Positions 20,476 to 30,579 of a DNA stretch of 64,000 nt are shown one piece after another (within the stretch, counting starts at the first letter, position 1; every line of letters begins with the position of its first letter). Under the pieces are notes generated by a model. It saw only the letters and a program-made list of their open reading frames with translations. It had not been told where the DNA came from and did not search any database. A program made the position numbers and the translations under genes. The DNA is from Ostreococcus lucimarinus (Eukaryota), in assembly GCA_000092065.1 (NCBI GenBank), contig CP000600.1; one strand, 5' to 3'.

Positions 20476-23348
20476 TTAGAGCTTGTCTTCGTATTCGTTG
20501 AGCGGCGGGACGTTCTCCTTGCTACCCTTACGCTTACGGATGTCCTTGACGAGCTTACCAGACTGCGAATCCGGGTTGAGCGGATCGCTGTTGAGCATAT
20601 CCCAGTGATCAAACACACACTGCGGGAACGCTTGGCCGGAAGTCGCTGCACGGAGAGTACCCGTGAAACCGAAAGATTCCATGACCGGCAAGTACGCCTT
20701 GATGTTGTAAATCGGGGTACCCGGGCGCTGGGTCTCTTCGATAACCATACCACGCTTTTGCGTAACGGTGGAGTAGATACCGCCGAGCGCTTGCTCCGGA
20801 GCTTGGATTTCAACCAAGTACACCGGCTCGAGGAGACGCGGTTCCGCGGTGAGTGCAGACGCGTACAAGACACGGCGGCACGTCGGGATGATTTGACCAC
20901 CACCACGGTGAATGGCATCGGTGTGGAGAACGACATCGTGGATCTCGAACTTGATGCCGCGCATGTTTTCTTCGGCGAGGACACCTTCCTTGGTGGCCCA
21001 CTGGAACGCCGCAACGCACGAATCCTTGATTTCGTTGAGGTACTGGACACCCTTACACATATCGACGATGAGGTTCGGGCCGGTGGTGTCCGGACCGAAG
21101 CACCAAATCTTCTTGGCGCCGAGATCCTTGTCCCAGCCGTACTTGTCAGCCAAGAAACGACCGCGAGTCTTCGGGTCATCGCGCGGGGTGACTTCACCGT
21201 TGTCAATGGCTTCGGCAAGACCTTCGTCCATGGCGACGGCTTGGAAGTACAAACGGTTGTGCTTGTTCGGGGACTTGGACATGCAAATGTGGTCCGAGGT
21301 ACCGTTGACGGTTTCGCGGAAGGACACGACCGGATCGGAGATGCGAATTTCGGCACCACCCATGAAATCTTCTTGGAGATCCTTCAAGCAGATTTCGAGG
21401 TGAAGCTCACCAGCACCGGCGACGATGTGCTCACCAGTCTCTTCGATTTGGCACTGAACCATCGGATCGGACTTGGAAAGGCGCTTGAGACCTTCGACGA
21501 GCTTGGGGAGATCTTGCGAGTTCTTGCACTCAACAGCGACGCGGACAACCGGAGAGACGGAGAACTTCATCGCCTTGATGGTGTGCGCATCGACATCCTT
21601 CTCACCAGTGATGGTCGCATTCTTTTGGATGAACTGATCGAGACCAACCATGGCGACGGTGTTACCGCACGGCACGTTGTCGATAGCGTCTTGACGACGG
21701 CCCATGCACAACACGGTGCGCTGGATGGACTTGATGTACAAATCCTTCTTCTCACCCGGAACGTAGTTCGGACCCATGATGCGCACCTTTTGGCCAGTTT
21801 GCACGGTACCAGAGAACACACGACCGAAGGCCAAGAAACGACCCTTATCGGCGGTCGGGATCATCTTGGACACGTACAACATGAGCGGACCGTTGGCATC
21901 GCACTCGCGAATCGCGTTGGCGTAGGCGTCATCGAGCGGACCCTCGTAGAGGGTATCCGCACGGTACTTTTGCGCCGTAGCCGGGGAAGGCAAGTGGTAG
22001 ATGATCATCTCAAGAAGAGCAACATCGGCCGGCAACCAGGTTTGCATGATACGCTTCATCAACGGCTTGCCCATCAAGTCCAAGTCAGCGGGCTTGAGCC
22101 TATCCTTCACTTGAAGCTTTTCGAGCATCGGCCAGAGCTTGTCCTTGTTGTCGTTCATCGCGGCATCGATGACGCGACGGATCGGCTCGTAGCAGAACTG
22201 GACGAAAGCACGCATGCACGTCTTCGAGCCAGTGTTCTTCTTGGTCCACTTACGCTCCTTCGGATCGAAGAAGTTGTCGCCCCAAAGCTTGCCCATCATG
22301 GCGTCTTGGTCAATGCCGAACTTGGCGGCGTACATCTTCGCGAAAACGGTCAAGGTGAACGCCCAGTTGTGAAGACCAGCGGAGAAGCACACGGTACCCT
22401 TCTCCGGCGCGACTTGCACGTCACCGAGCGCCTCATCCGTGTAGGTAGCCATGATGACGTTCGCATTTTCGATGACGCGGCAGAAGTTTTGGTACGCCTC
22501 TTCGCCGTCGAGCATGAGTTCGAGGAAGCAGCGATCGAGCTTGTTCACCGTCATCACAGGCTTAATGCGTTCACCGAGCGCTTGACGAAGCACGGTTTCG
22601 GTTTGTACGCAAACACCTTCGACGCAATCAACGACGACCAAGGCGCCGTCGGTGATGCGCAACGCCGCCGTCACCTCGGACGAGAAATCGACGTGACCCG
22701 GAGAATCAATCAAGTTGATCAGGTAGTTGTTACCATCACGCGGCACATCTTTCGGCAAGCGCGCCAAATCCTCGTCAGACACGGTGTAGAACAACGAAAT
22801 ACCCGTGGACTTGATCGTAATGCACCGATCTTGCTCGTCTTGACGCGTATCCGTCAAGCGCGCGTCCCCGGCGTTTTCCTGCGCGATGATCCCCGCCGCG
22901 GCGACGAGAGAATCCGTGAGCGTCGATTTACCCTATTCATTTCACCGTCCGAACGCGCGTATTTTCGTCAGTCTCACGCGTCCGCGTTCGCGTGCGCGTG
23001 CGGTCGCCTCGCATTAGGGTTCAGCCTCGTCCCGTCACCCGCGGTGTCGTAACCCCAATCAATCATCAATCCGTCGCATCGATTCGCGCGTCGCCTCGCC
23101 TCGCCGACGTACGTGATCGACGTGCGCGATCACAGACATATTACGGATATTCTTGTTGTGATCCATCTGCTTGCGCAGCTCATCGATGGTAAACTATCGC
23201 GCGAAAACGTTCGTCAGTCGCCCGTCCGTCGCGTCGCTCGATCGCGTAATCATCCTCGCGCGCGTTCGCGCGCGCGCGCGCATCCGCGACGCGCGCGCGG
23301 CGCCCGCGACGCGCGCATCGCGTCGAAACATTCGCGCACCTTCACCAT
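20476..23348 (-). CDS. EEF2: Translation elongation factor 2 (eEF2), three exons with two 5' micro-exons
   Basis: Main exon 20476..22932 ends ...LNEYEDKL*. Upstream exons were found by my own translation. Exon 0 is 23348..23340 (ATGGTGAAG, MVK) followed by donor GTGCGC. Exon 1 is 23193..23113 ([27 protein letters not shown]) with acceptor AG and donor GTACGT. Exon 2 starts [10 protein letters not shown]... after acceptor ...AATAG. The joined N-terminus MVK|[11 protein letters not shown]...VDH|GKSTLTDS matches the eEF2 consensus. The ORF-track start at 22857 is a TTG codon (Leu), not a true start. Confidence 0.9.
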
Positions 23349-23467
23349 GGCGAGCGATCGGGCGGCGTCTCTTCGTCGTCGGCGTGCGCGAGCGGCGCGG
23401 AGAGTGACGGCGCGACGGCCGACGGCGACGGCGGGGCGAAAGTGTCGAAAGGTTCGTGTTTTTTATG

Positions 23468-26212
23468 TTACTCGATGTCGGGCGACGCGCGCGACGCGAG
23501 GCGCGACGGCGACGCGGGCGAACGCGGGCGGACGTCGCGAGCGGTGGAAGACGCGCGAGGGCGCGCGATGGTGCAAAACGCGCGCTTGAGTCGCGACGCG
23601 AGGGCGGAGGTGAGGAAGGAGAGAACGAACCAGATGAGGAAGACGGCGCGGCGACGCGAGGCGACGGATCGACGCTCGACGCGAGCCTCGAGCACGCGAG
23701 CGATGTGGGATGGAGAATCGCCGACGGGGACGTAAATCGTGCGTTCGATGAGGCAAGGCGTGGATAACGGAGATGTGGACGCGCACGGTTGGGCGTAGAC
23801 GGTGGTTTGGAAGAAGCACTTGACGTCGGCGGGGAGGTTTTCGCAGGATGACGTCGGGAGAACGCCGACGGCGACGCGGAGCTTGACGGTGTCCTCGAAG
23901 GCAGCGGTGTTTGTGTCGCGCGGAACGTATGCGATGGTCGCTTGACGAAATAGGGCGGCGATCTCAGATGGCGGACCGATGAGATCTATCCTGTTTCGTC
24001 GGTTCGAGGAGATGATCGGCGCGAGACGCGCCGCTCTCGCGTCTCGCACCTCGAGCACGGTCGAGGATGGGCTCCACATCTTCACCGACATCGCGTAGGC
24101 GTCGTAATCCGGATCAGTGTCGATGTCTATGATTCCGGATAGTACGAAAGAGGTCGTGTTGGGCGTGATCCGCTCGATTTGATTGAGACGATTCTGATCG
24201 ATCCGAATCGTCGGCGCGTCGGGGCGGTTTCGCACGAAGACGTACGCCGCGTATGGATCCGTGGTCCAACCGTTCGACGTCTTCAGGGACATACGAAGGG
24301 TATCAGGCCGTCCAACGTTCCAATTCTCGGCTCTCGTACCCATGAGTGACATTTCGACGCCATATACATCTACGCTGGGGATGTTGAAGTAGTCGCGCTC
24401 GGGAACGTATGTAAAGCTGCCGCACGCGCACGCGTGACCAATCGCCGTAAACGATGACGTATTCGCCGCCCAAGCCTGGCATGTCGCGTTTTGCGTGCTT
24501 GAACACGCCATCGCACTGAGCTGTGCGTCCGTGTCACCGACAATCTCGCCGTACCTCGGCGCCGTCGTAACCGTCGCGAAGAACGCGAGCGACGACAACG
24601 ACTCGCCCACGCACGCCGCGGTGACTCGAATGATCCCGCCTTCGTCTTCACTGACGGTTTGGGTGCGATCGAGCAACGCGCACGGCGTTTTAAGAAAAAA
24701 CATCACTTCGCTTTGGTCGCTCAGCGCGCCGTTCTCATCGACAACGACGTATGCCACGGAATCGCTCTCACCCAAAGCAAAGGAAACGTACGTCAAGCAC
24801 GTCGCATTCGGCGAGGTGACGTTCGCGCCGGTGCGCAGCGCATTCGCTCCCTCCACATCATCACACGCGTACAGGCTCCCAAGTGCTGGCTCTCGAGTGA
24901 TGTGCACGGAAGTCACACGATCACCGCGGCATAGTATGGCGCGCTGAGGACACGTCGCGTCGATGTCTTCGACGACAAGCCGCACGATCGCGGGCACGCC
25001 GCGATAAGCGATGACGTTTGACCCTGTGGATACCGGTGCGTCGTTCACGTTCGTTACTCGAATGTGGACAAACGCGCTACCAAAAGCTTCGGTGCCGTCG
25101 CTCACATCAAACTCGAACGAATCGTAATCAAAGAGCGCCGTAGCGTTGCCTTCAATCGAAAAATCATTCGGCGCCGGCGCAAATCGCACCGACGCGCTCG
25201 CAAGCGAGTGAGGCGCAGAAAGGATTTCGATCGCGTCCCCGTTTGCGTGAACGTCATATAAATGTCCTCGTTTCGGTAACGATGTGATGCGATACCACAC
25301 ATCGTCGCCGTCCGCGTCGTATGCGACGAGTTCTGCGTCCACCGAGTCGTCCTCCTCGCACGTGACGTTTTGCGAAATCGCGAACGGTTTGGAATTTTCC
25401 AGCGACGCGTTCGCGGATATCGCTAACTCATCGTCGCTCAGGGCGTAGTCGTATATGTTAATGCCATAAATTATCCCTGCGAATGCGTCATCGCCGTACG
25501 CGCCGACGGCAATGCGAGATCTGCTCGCGTTCCACGTGGAGACGGCGTCGCCCCCCGGGCTCTCGAAGAACCAATCCACGGGTGGAAACGCTTTCGTGCC
25601 GTTCAGGAAGAGTCGGATGCCTTGCGCGTCGTACACGAGCGCGACGTGATTTAAATCTCCGTGCGACAGCCTGGGTATGCCCATATGCCCTCGACGCATG
25701 TGGTCATCCCACGAGCACTCGAACGGGTGCGTCGAATGCGTCACTCGCATCTTCGTCGACAAAAATCCATCTTGAATCCAAATCGACATGTAATATCCCT
25801 CAAAGCACCCGGTGTGCGCCCACGACGTCTCATCGTCGTTCAAACTGAAAACTAAAAGCGGCTGTCGTTCTTCAGGCGTCGTGGCGGTAAAATCCGGAAC
25901 GATCCGCATCTCGATCGTAAACGTCCCGTCGCCTTCGCCGATGAGCGCCATCGCGCCGTTCTCTTCCCCTCGAGACGTCATCATCGCCCGCCGCGTCGAC
26001 GTCGGCTCGAACACGACCCCGTTCGACCGCATCGCGCACATCGCGTCGCCCTCGATCGCGTCGCACCTCGCATCGCCGACGACGTCGAACGCCGCTCGGC
26101 GCGCGCCCAGCCCGCACGTCTCTCGTCTCGCCGCGTACGCGCACGTCGGCGTCCCTCCCTCCGCGCCGCGCATCATCACCACCGCGATCGCCGCCGCGCG
26201 CAGCCCCATCAT
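23468..26212 (-). CDS. Type I membrane / secreted protein with a concanavalin-A-like (LamG/pentraxin-like) domain and cadherin-like repeats
   Basis: ORF 23468..26326 with ATG at 26212 (MMGLRAAAIAVVMMRG, a signal peptide). LamG-like region (...HVALVYDAQGIRLFLNGTK...), repeated ...VTNVNDAPV... cadherin-like motifs, and a C-terminal hydrophobic segment FLIWFVLSFLTSALA. The 3' end sits only about 120 bp from the EEF2 start. Confidence 0.6.
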   Translation of the reverse strand: MMGLRAAAIAVVMMRGAEGGTPTCAYAARRETCGLGARRAAFDVVGDARCDAIEGDAMCAMRSNGVVFEPTSTRRAMMTSRGEENGAMALIGEGDGTFTIEMRIVPDFTATTPEERQPLLVFSLNDDETSWAHTGCFEGYYMSIWIQDGFLSTKMRVTHSTHPFECSWDDHMRRGHMGIPRLSHGDLNHVALVYDAQGIRLFLNGTKAFPPVDWFFESPGGDAVSTWNASRSRIAVGAYGDDAFAGIIYGINIYDYALSDDELAISANASLENSKPFAISQNVTCEEDDSVDAELVAYDADGDDVWYRITSLPKRGHLYDVHANGDAIEILSAPHSLASASVRFAPAPNDFSIEGNATALFDYDSFEFDVSDGTEAFGSAFVHIRVTNVNDAPVSTGSNVIAYRGVPAIVRLVVEDIDATCPQRAILCRGDRVTSVHITREPALGSLYACDDVEGANALRTGANVTSPNATCLTYVSFALGESDSVAYVVVDENGALSDQSEVMFFLKTPCALLDRTQTVSEDEGGIIRVTAACVGESLSSLAFFATVTTAPRYGEIVGDTDAQLSAMACSSTQNATCQAWAANTSSFTAIGHACACGSFTYVPERDYFNIPSVDVYGVEMSLMGTRAENWNVGRPDTLRMSLKTSNGWTTDPYAAYVFVRNRPDAPTIRIDQNRLNQIERITPNTTSFVLSGIIDIDTDPDYDAYAMSVKMWSPSSTVLEVRDARAARLAPIISSNRRNRIDLIGPPSEIAALFRQATIAYVPRDTNTAAFEDTVKLRVAVGVLPTSSCENLPADVKCFFQTTVYAQPCASTSPLSTPCLIERTIYVPVGDSPSHIARVLEARVERRSVASRRRAVFLIWFVLSFLTSALASRLKRAFCTIARPRASSTARDVRPRSPASPSRLASRASPDIE

Positions 26213-26732
26213 CACCACCGCGCGCTCGCGCCGCGCTCGACGTCGACGTCCCTTCCTCCCGTCGCCGCCGCCGTCGCCGTCGCCGTCGTCGTCGCCGTCG
26301 CCGGCGTCATCGATTCGCGCGCGCATTCGCCGTTTCTCTTCCCTCGTCCTCGCGCGTCGCGTCGCGTCGCGTCCCTCGCTCTCTCGCGCGCGCGCGCACG
26401 CGCGATTATTTTATTTCACCCGCGCCCGATCCGTCGCGCGCGCGATCCGTCGCCGCGTCCGTCGTCGCGCTGTGCCGCGCGCCGAAGCGCCGCGGGAGAC
26501 GAAGGGTCGCGACGTCGTTTTTTAAACCCTCCGGCGGCGACCGTCGAAAAACCGTCGTTTGGCGAAATCGCCCCCGCGCCGCGCGCGACGGCCGTCGATC
26601 GCGCGACCGCGCGCCAGACGACCGCGCGACCGGGCGACGACGCGCGAAGAACCGCGACGCGGCGATCGCGCCGACGCGCGCGCGCGCGACGACGCGAGCC
26701 GCGCCGCGCGAGCGCGCGCGACGGTGGAGAAC

Positions 26733-27254
26733 ATGTACGAACCGAGCGTGCTGTGCCCGAGCCTGCAGTACTCGTGCGACGCGTGCGGCGACCTGCCGAT
26801 CCTGCGCCGGCGGTGGGTGTGCGAGCGGTGCGAGGATTACGATTTGTGCGAGCAGTGTCACGCGCGACAGCACAAGCGACAGCGAGAGCGAGCGCGGGGA
26901 CGACCGGAGAGCGGGAGCTCGACGACGACGACGACGACGAGCGAAGAGGACGAAAACGGAGACTTCGCGCACGACGCGACGCACGAGATGCGAGCGTTCG
27001 CGGTGGAGGATGACATGGAACCGGTGACGAAGGGGAAATTGAGGGATTGCGTGCTGGACGCGGCGTCGAGGTGGTACGTGGAGACGCTGAGGAACGCGAA
27101 GCAGGGAGACGCGAACGCGGCGGCGTTGGCGGCGCAAATGTTATTGGTGGGATACGGGTGCAACGCCGACGCGGACGAGGCGTCGTATTGGCAAAACGTC
27201 GCGCGGAGCTCGGGGGCGAGGCGCGTGGAGGGGGTGTACGATGAGCTTCCGTGA
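26733..27254 (+). CDS. ZZ-type zinc-finger protein with a Sel1/TPR-like C-terminal region
   Basis: ATG at 26733 (residue 59 of ORF 26559..27254). The ZZ signature is [29 protein letters not shown]. The C-terminal ...[25 protein letters not shown]... resembles a Sel1 repeat. Confidence 0.6.
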   Translation: MYEPSVLCPSLQYSCDACGDLPILRRRWVCERCEDYDLCEQCHARQHKRQRERARGRPESGSSTTTTTTSEEDENGDFAHDATHEMRAFAVEDDMEPVTKGKLRDCVLDAASRWYVETLRNAKQGDANAAALAAQMLLVGYGCNADADEASYWQNVARSSGARRVEGVYDELP

Positions 27255-27528
27255 CGAGACGGCGAGGCGAGGGCGAACGTCGCGAGCGAGGCTCGATCGC
27301 GGCGGACACACGACGCGACGATGATTTCTGGGGATTCGTAAAACCATCGCGACGGCGGCGCTCGACGACGCACGATGTCGACCGCGTCGATCGCTCCCAG
27401 ACTTAGAGTTTGTTCTGTAGATGCGCAATTGTTCCATTCTTTCGCTTTCGCTCGGCGGACGACGACGACGACGAATCTCCGCCACACCCCCACGCGTCCC
27501 GCGACGACGCGTCCCGCGCCGGACGACG

Positions 27529-28563
27529 ATGCCGGCCGCGACGCTCGCCGCGCGGTGTCCGCGACCGCCGCGCGCGAGCCGCGACGCGCGCGCGGCGTCG
27601 CGGCGTCGACGGTTTCCCGTCGCACGGCCGCGTTGGCGACGCGTCGACGCGCGACGCGCGACGACGCGCGCGGTGCGCGGCGCGCGCGACGACCGCGGCG
27701 AGACGAATTGTTTCGGGTCGCGTCTCGCCGCGCTCGTCCTGTCCGTGGCGACCGCGACGACGTTGAGCGCGGCGGGCGACGCGACGGCGGCGCCGGAGCG
27801 CGCGACGGCGACGGCGACGGCGACTCGACGCGAGAAGACGATCGAGCGCGCGGACGACGCGGCGGGCGCGCGAACGGCCGCGCGGCGCTTCGTCGCGACG
27901 ATCGCGGCGGCGGAAGAGGCGGGGTACGAATACGAGGCGTTCGATGGGAAGGCGGCGAAGGCGCTTCGATTCGACGTGCCGACGCGTTGGGTCAAAGCGA
28001 TCGATCGCGCGTACGACGACAGCGCCACGACGTCGGGACGGACGATCGCGATGATTGGGAATTTTAAAACTATCGATACCGTGAGTGTGCGCGTGGAGAC
28101 GGTGAGCCCGGAGATCGCGCGGATGGCGTCGAGCGGAGAGGACGCCGCGGACGCCAAGTCGGTGGCGGACGCGTTGACGGCGAACGAACGCGCGGCGGTG
28201 GAAGCGTTGGAGTCGTTCGGGGTGATCGGGGGCGTGGAGAATGGAAGGTCGGGGACGATGGCGTTCGCCCTGATGGACGACGCGCGAGTGAAGAAGGGAC
28301 CGGATGGGCGCAAGTATTACGTGTTTTCGTACGAGACGGAGGTGTGCCGGGCGAAAATCGAAGAAGGAATGGGAGGGTCGAAAATCTGCGTCGGGCCGCA
28401 AGGGGACGTGCTCGATAGCATTCAGCGCCGAAGTCGCGTGGTGGTGACGTTTGTGGGCAATCGTGTGGTTAAGTTGCACGCGTCGGCGGTGAGCTCGAGG
28501 TTCGACGAGGTCGAGGAAATCATGAATCGCGCCGTCGATAGTTTCGCGCTCAACGTCGTTTGA
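27529..28563 (+). CDS. PsbP-domain protein (PsbP-like / PPD family) with bipartite thylakoid-lumen-type targeting
   Basis: ATG at 27529 (residue 37 of ORF 27421..28563). R-rich presequence, then a hydrophobic LAALVLSVATATTLSAAG lumen-type signal. The C-terminal ...DGRKYYVFSYETE...RSRVVVTFVGNRVVKLHASA...AVDSFAL matches the PsbP-family pattern (GK.YY..EY ... RH..ATV ... L.ASA ... VDSF). Confidence 0.6.
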   Translation: MPAATLAARCPRPPRASRDARAASRRRRFPVARPRWRRVDARRATTRAVRGARDDRGETNCFGSRLAALVLSVATATTLSAAGDATAAPERATATATATRREKTIERADDAAGARTAARRFVATIAAAEEAGYEYEAFDGKAAKALRFDVPTRWVKAIDRAYDDSATTSGRTIAMIGNFKTIDTVSVRVETVSPEIARMASSGEDAADAKSVADALTANERAAVEALESFGVIGGVENGRSGTMAFALMDDARVKKGPDGRKYYVFSYETEVCRAKIEEGMGGSKICVGPQGDVLDSIQRRSRVVVTFVGNRVVKLHASAVSSRFDEVEEIMNRAVDSFALNVV

Positions 28564-28619
28564 CGCGATGTTTCTAGAACTGATTGATTTTGAAAACAAC
28601 ATCGATGGCTAATCGCACT

Positions 28620-29237
28620 CTATTGCGTCTGAATTTCTGTCTCGGGGATCACAGCGGCTGCCGTTTGTGTCTGCGTCGGCGCCGCGTCGATGACAATTTC
28701 GTCCTCGTCGTTCGCGGGCTTCTTCGTCGGCGACTCGCCAGGTTTGAAAAATTCTGTCACTCGTCTCGAACCGTTGGCGTCCGCCAACTTTTTCGCCTTC
28801 TTCGCGGACGGCGCGTCGTCGTCGTCATCGTCGTCATCATCATCGTCATCGTCATCACCCTTCTCTCCCTCTCGCGGCCGCATCGCCCACACGTGATCGT
28901 GTAAAAATTCATACTTGCCCCGTCGCAAGACGAAGCTCTCCAAATCCTTGTACTGCACGCCTTTTCTCTTCGCCGCGCGCATGCCCGCGTGTGAACCGAC
29001 GGCTAAGCCCTCTAAAAACAGCTCCGTCGCCTTCGTCACGCACTTAATCGCATCCGCTGACGCTTGCTTGACATCCTTATCGAGCTTGATGATTCGTTTC
29101 ACGCGCGCCACGGGCAAAACCGTGTCGTTCTCCGCCGGTTTACCGTCGACGTCCGCCGTCTTCTCCTCCGGCACCTCACCCCGCGCCACCGCCGCCGCCA
29201 CCGCGGCCTCGTACGCCTTTTCGGTGTCTTCTTTCAT
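28620..29237 (-). CDS. Histone-fold protein of the CBFD_NFYB_HMF family (NC2alpha/DRAP1- or POLE4/CHRAC16-like) with an acidic poly-Asp tail
   Basis: ATG at 29237..29235. LPVARVKRIIKLDKDVKQASADAIKCVTKATELFLEGLAVGSHAGMRAAKRKGVQYKDLESFV matches the NC2alpha/POLE4 histone fold. A run of about 14 Asp follows. The C-terminus is lysine-rich. Confidence 0.75.
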   Translation of the reverse strand: MKEDTEKAYEAAVAAAVARGEVPEEKTADVDGKPAENDTVLPVARVKRIIKLDKDVKQASADAIKCVTKATELFLEGLAVGSHAGMRAAKRKGVQYKDLESFVLRRGKYEFLHDHVWAMRPREGEKGDDDDDDDDDDDDDDAPSAKKAKKLADANGSRRVTEFFKPGESPTKKPANDEDEIVIDAAPTQTQTAAAVIPETEIQTQ

Positions 29238-29330
29238 TTTCTATCGCGCGCGATGACATCGCTTGCGTCGTCAGTCCTCCGCGAAGCGCGTCGTCGCTTC
29301 AAATTTCAAATTTTCAACCCGCCTGTCAAA

Positions 29331-29585
29331 TCATCGCATCGCATCGTCGTTCATCTCGTCGTCGCGCGCGTTCTCACGACGGCGCGTCGCATCGCGCGCT
29401 AAAACGTGTGTTTCACGCACCGCCTTGACCTCGTCCGACATCGCGTTCCATTTAAGCGATATCGCGCGCGCGATTTCAGCGATCGACGGCTTCTCCACGC
29501 CGCTCGCGATGAGCTCGCGCTTGACCTCGTCGCGATTGGCGTTGGAGTACGCCATGTAGGCGCTGAGCTTTTTAGGGTACGCCAT
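29331..29585 (-). CDS. HMG-box protein (HMGB-like, single box, 84 aa)
   Basis: ATG at 29585..29583. MAYPKKLSAYMAYSNANRDEVKRE...AEIARAISLKWNAMSDEVKA is the canonical HMG-box pattern (PKK.LSAY..F....R....W....EK). Confidence 0.75.
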   Translation of the reverse strand: MAYPKKLSAYMAYSNANRDEVKRELIASGVEKPSIAEIARAISLKWNAMSDEVKAVRETHVLARDATRRRENARDDEMNDDAMR

Positions 29586-29685
29586 GGCGCGATCTAAAGC
29601 GCCGAGCGCGACCGAGCGCGCGCGCGTGTGGCGACGGGAGCGTTCGTCGTTTCGTCGTACGGCGCTACGGTGACGTTGACAAAAA

Positions 29686-30579
29686 CTACGACGGCGAATC
29701 CTTCGCGCGTTTCGAGCTGCGCCCGTCGCTCTTCTCTAAATCGTTCTCGCTCTTTCTCTTCTCCTTCTTCTCCTTCTTCTCCTTCTTCTCCTTCTTCTCC
29801 TTCTTCTCCTTCTTCTCCTTCTCCTTTTTCGACTTTTTCTCGCGCCGCGAATCCGAATCCGCCGGCGCGACGAGCTTGCGCTCGATGCTCGTGATCCCAC
29901 TCGACGATCTCGCCACGTACTCGCGCTCGCCCGTGGCGGGATCTTTCATCGCCCCTCTCAGCAACACCACGTCATCGCTCTCCGTCACCGCTTTCACCGT
30001 GAACACGATCTGCGACCCGACCTTTATCACGTGCGTCGCGTCCCACGCGCTTCGCCAGCACCCGTCGTCGCTCGACGACACCAACTCCTCCCGTATATTT
30101 TCCGCCGCGATCGCGACGTTAAATCTATCCAGCACCAACGCTCCGATAAAATCGTGCGCGATCTTATTCACCGTGCCGACCAAGCGCGATTCTTTCACCG
30201 GCGTGAACACCTCGCACCGCGCTCGCACGCGCACGTCCACGTGCCCGCTCGCGTGCAGCACCCTTCCGAACCCTCCTCGCCCGTCGTCGTCGTCCGCCTC
30301 CGCGTCGTCGCTCTCGGACGTCGACGTTTCATCGTCGCCGTCGTCGTCGCCGTCGTCGTCGCGCTCGCGTCGTCGCGCGCCGCACAGCGCTTCGTCGTCG
30401 TACGCCATGAGCACGCCGCCGAGCGCGTCCACGTGTCGCATCTTCATCGCGTCGAGCACCGCGCGCGCGCCCGCGAGCGGGTCCGCGAGCGCCGACGGGT
30501 GGAGCGCGACGGTGAACACGCACGACCTCGTCGCCACCGCGCTCGACGCGCGCGCGTCGTCGGCGCGAGGGCGCGCCAT
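29686..30579 (-). CDS. RNA polymerase I subunit RPA43 (Rpb7-like) with a KEKK-repeat C-terminal tail
   Basis: ORF 29686..31251 with ATG at 30579 (residue 225). FTVALHPSALADPLAGARAVLDAMKMRHVDALGGVLMAYDD...FGRVLHASGHVDVRVRARCEVFTPVKESRLVGTVNKIAHDFIGALVLDRFNVAI aligns with the yeast Rpa43 N-terminal and S1-like regions (VSLAPMYL..P..G....L.PLVMKY...GGVVLGY ... SHIGLLIHDAFNASI). An acidic insert and a (KEKKEK)n tail are present. Confidence 0.65.
   Translation of the reverse strand: MARPRADDARASSAVATRSCVFTVALHPSALADPLAGARAVLDAMKMRHVDALGGVLMAYDDEALCGARRRERDDDGDDDGDDETSTSESDDAEADDDDGRGGFGRVLHASGHVDVRVRARCEVFTPVKESRLVGTVNKIAHDFIGALVLDRFNVAIAAENIREELVSSSDDGCWRSAWDATHVIKVGSQIVFTVKAVTESDDVVLLRGAMKDPATGEREYVARSSSGITSIERKLVAPADSDSRREKKSKKEKEKKEKKEKKEKKEKKEKKEKRKSENDLEKSDGRSSKRAKDSPS
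29755..29830. repeat. Hexanucleotide coding microsatellite (ctcctt/cttctc)n encoding the (KEKKEK)n tail of RPA43
   Basis: ctccttcttctccttcttctccttcttctcc... is read directly. The reverse strand encodes KKEKKEKKEKKEKK. Confidence 0.85.

Noticed and set aside
20425-23052. 875-aa plus-strand ORF overlapping EEF2
   Set aside because: It is antisense to a highly conserved eEF2 coding sequence. Its product is low-complexity (R/V/L/G-rich) with no motifs. This is a GC-rich antisense artefact.
26406-28602. Minus-strand ORFs 26416..27309, 26406..27137, 27141..28313, 27403..28602
   Set aside because: They are antisense to the ZZ-finger and PsbP-like genes and highly R/A/S-rich.
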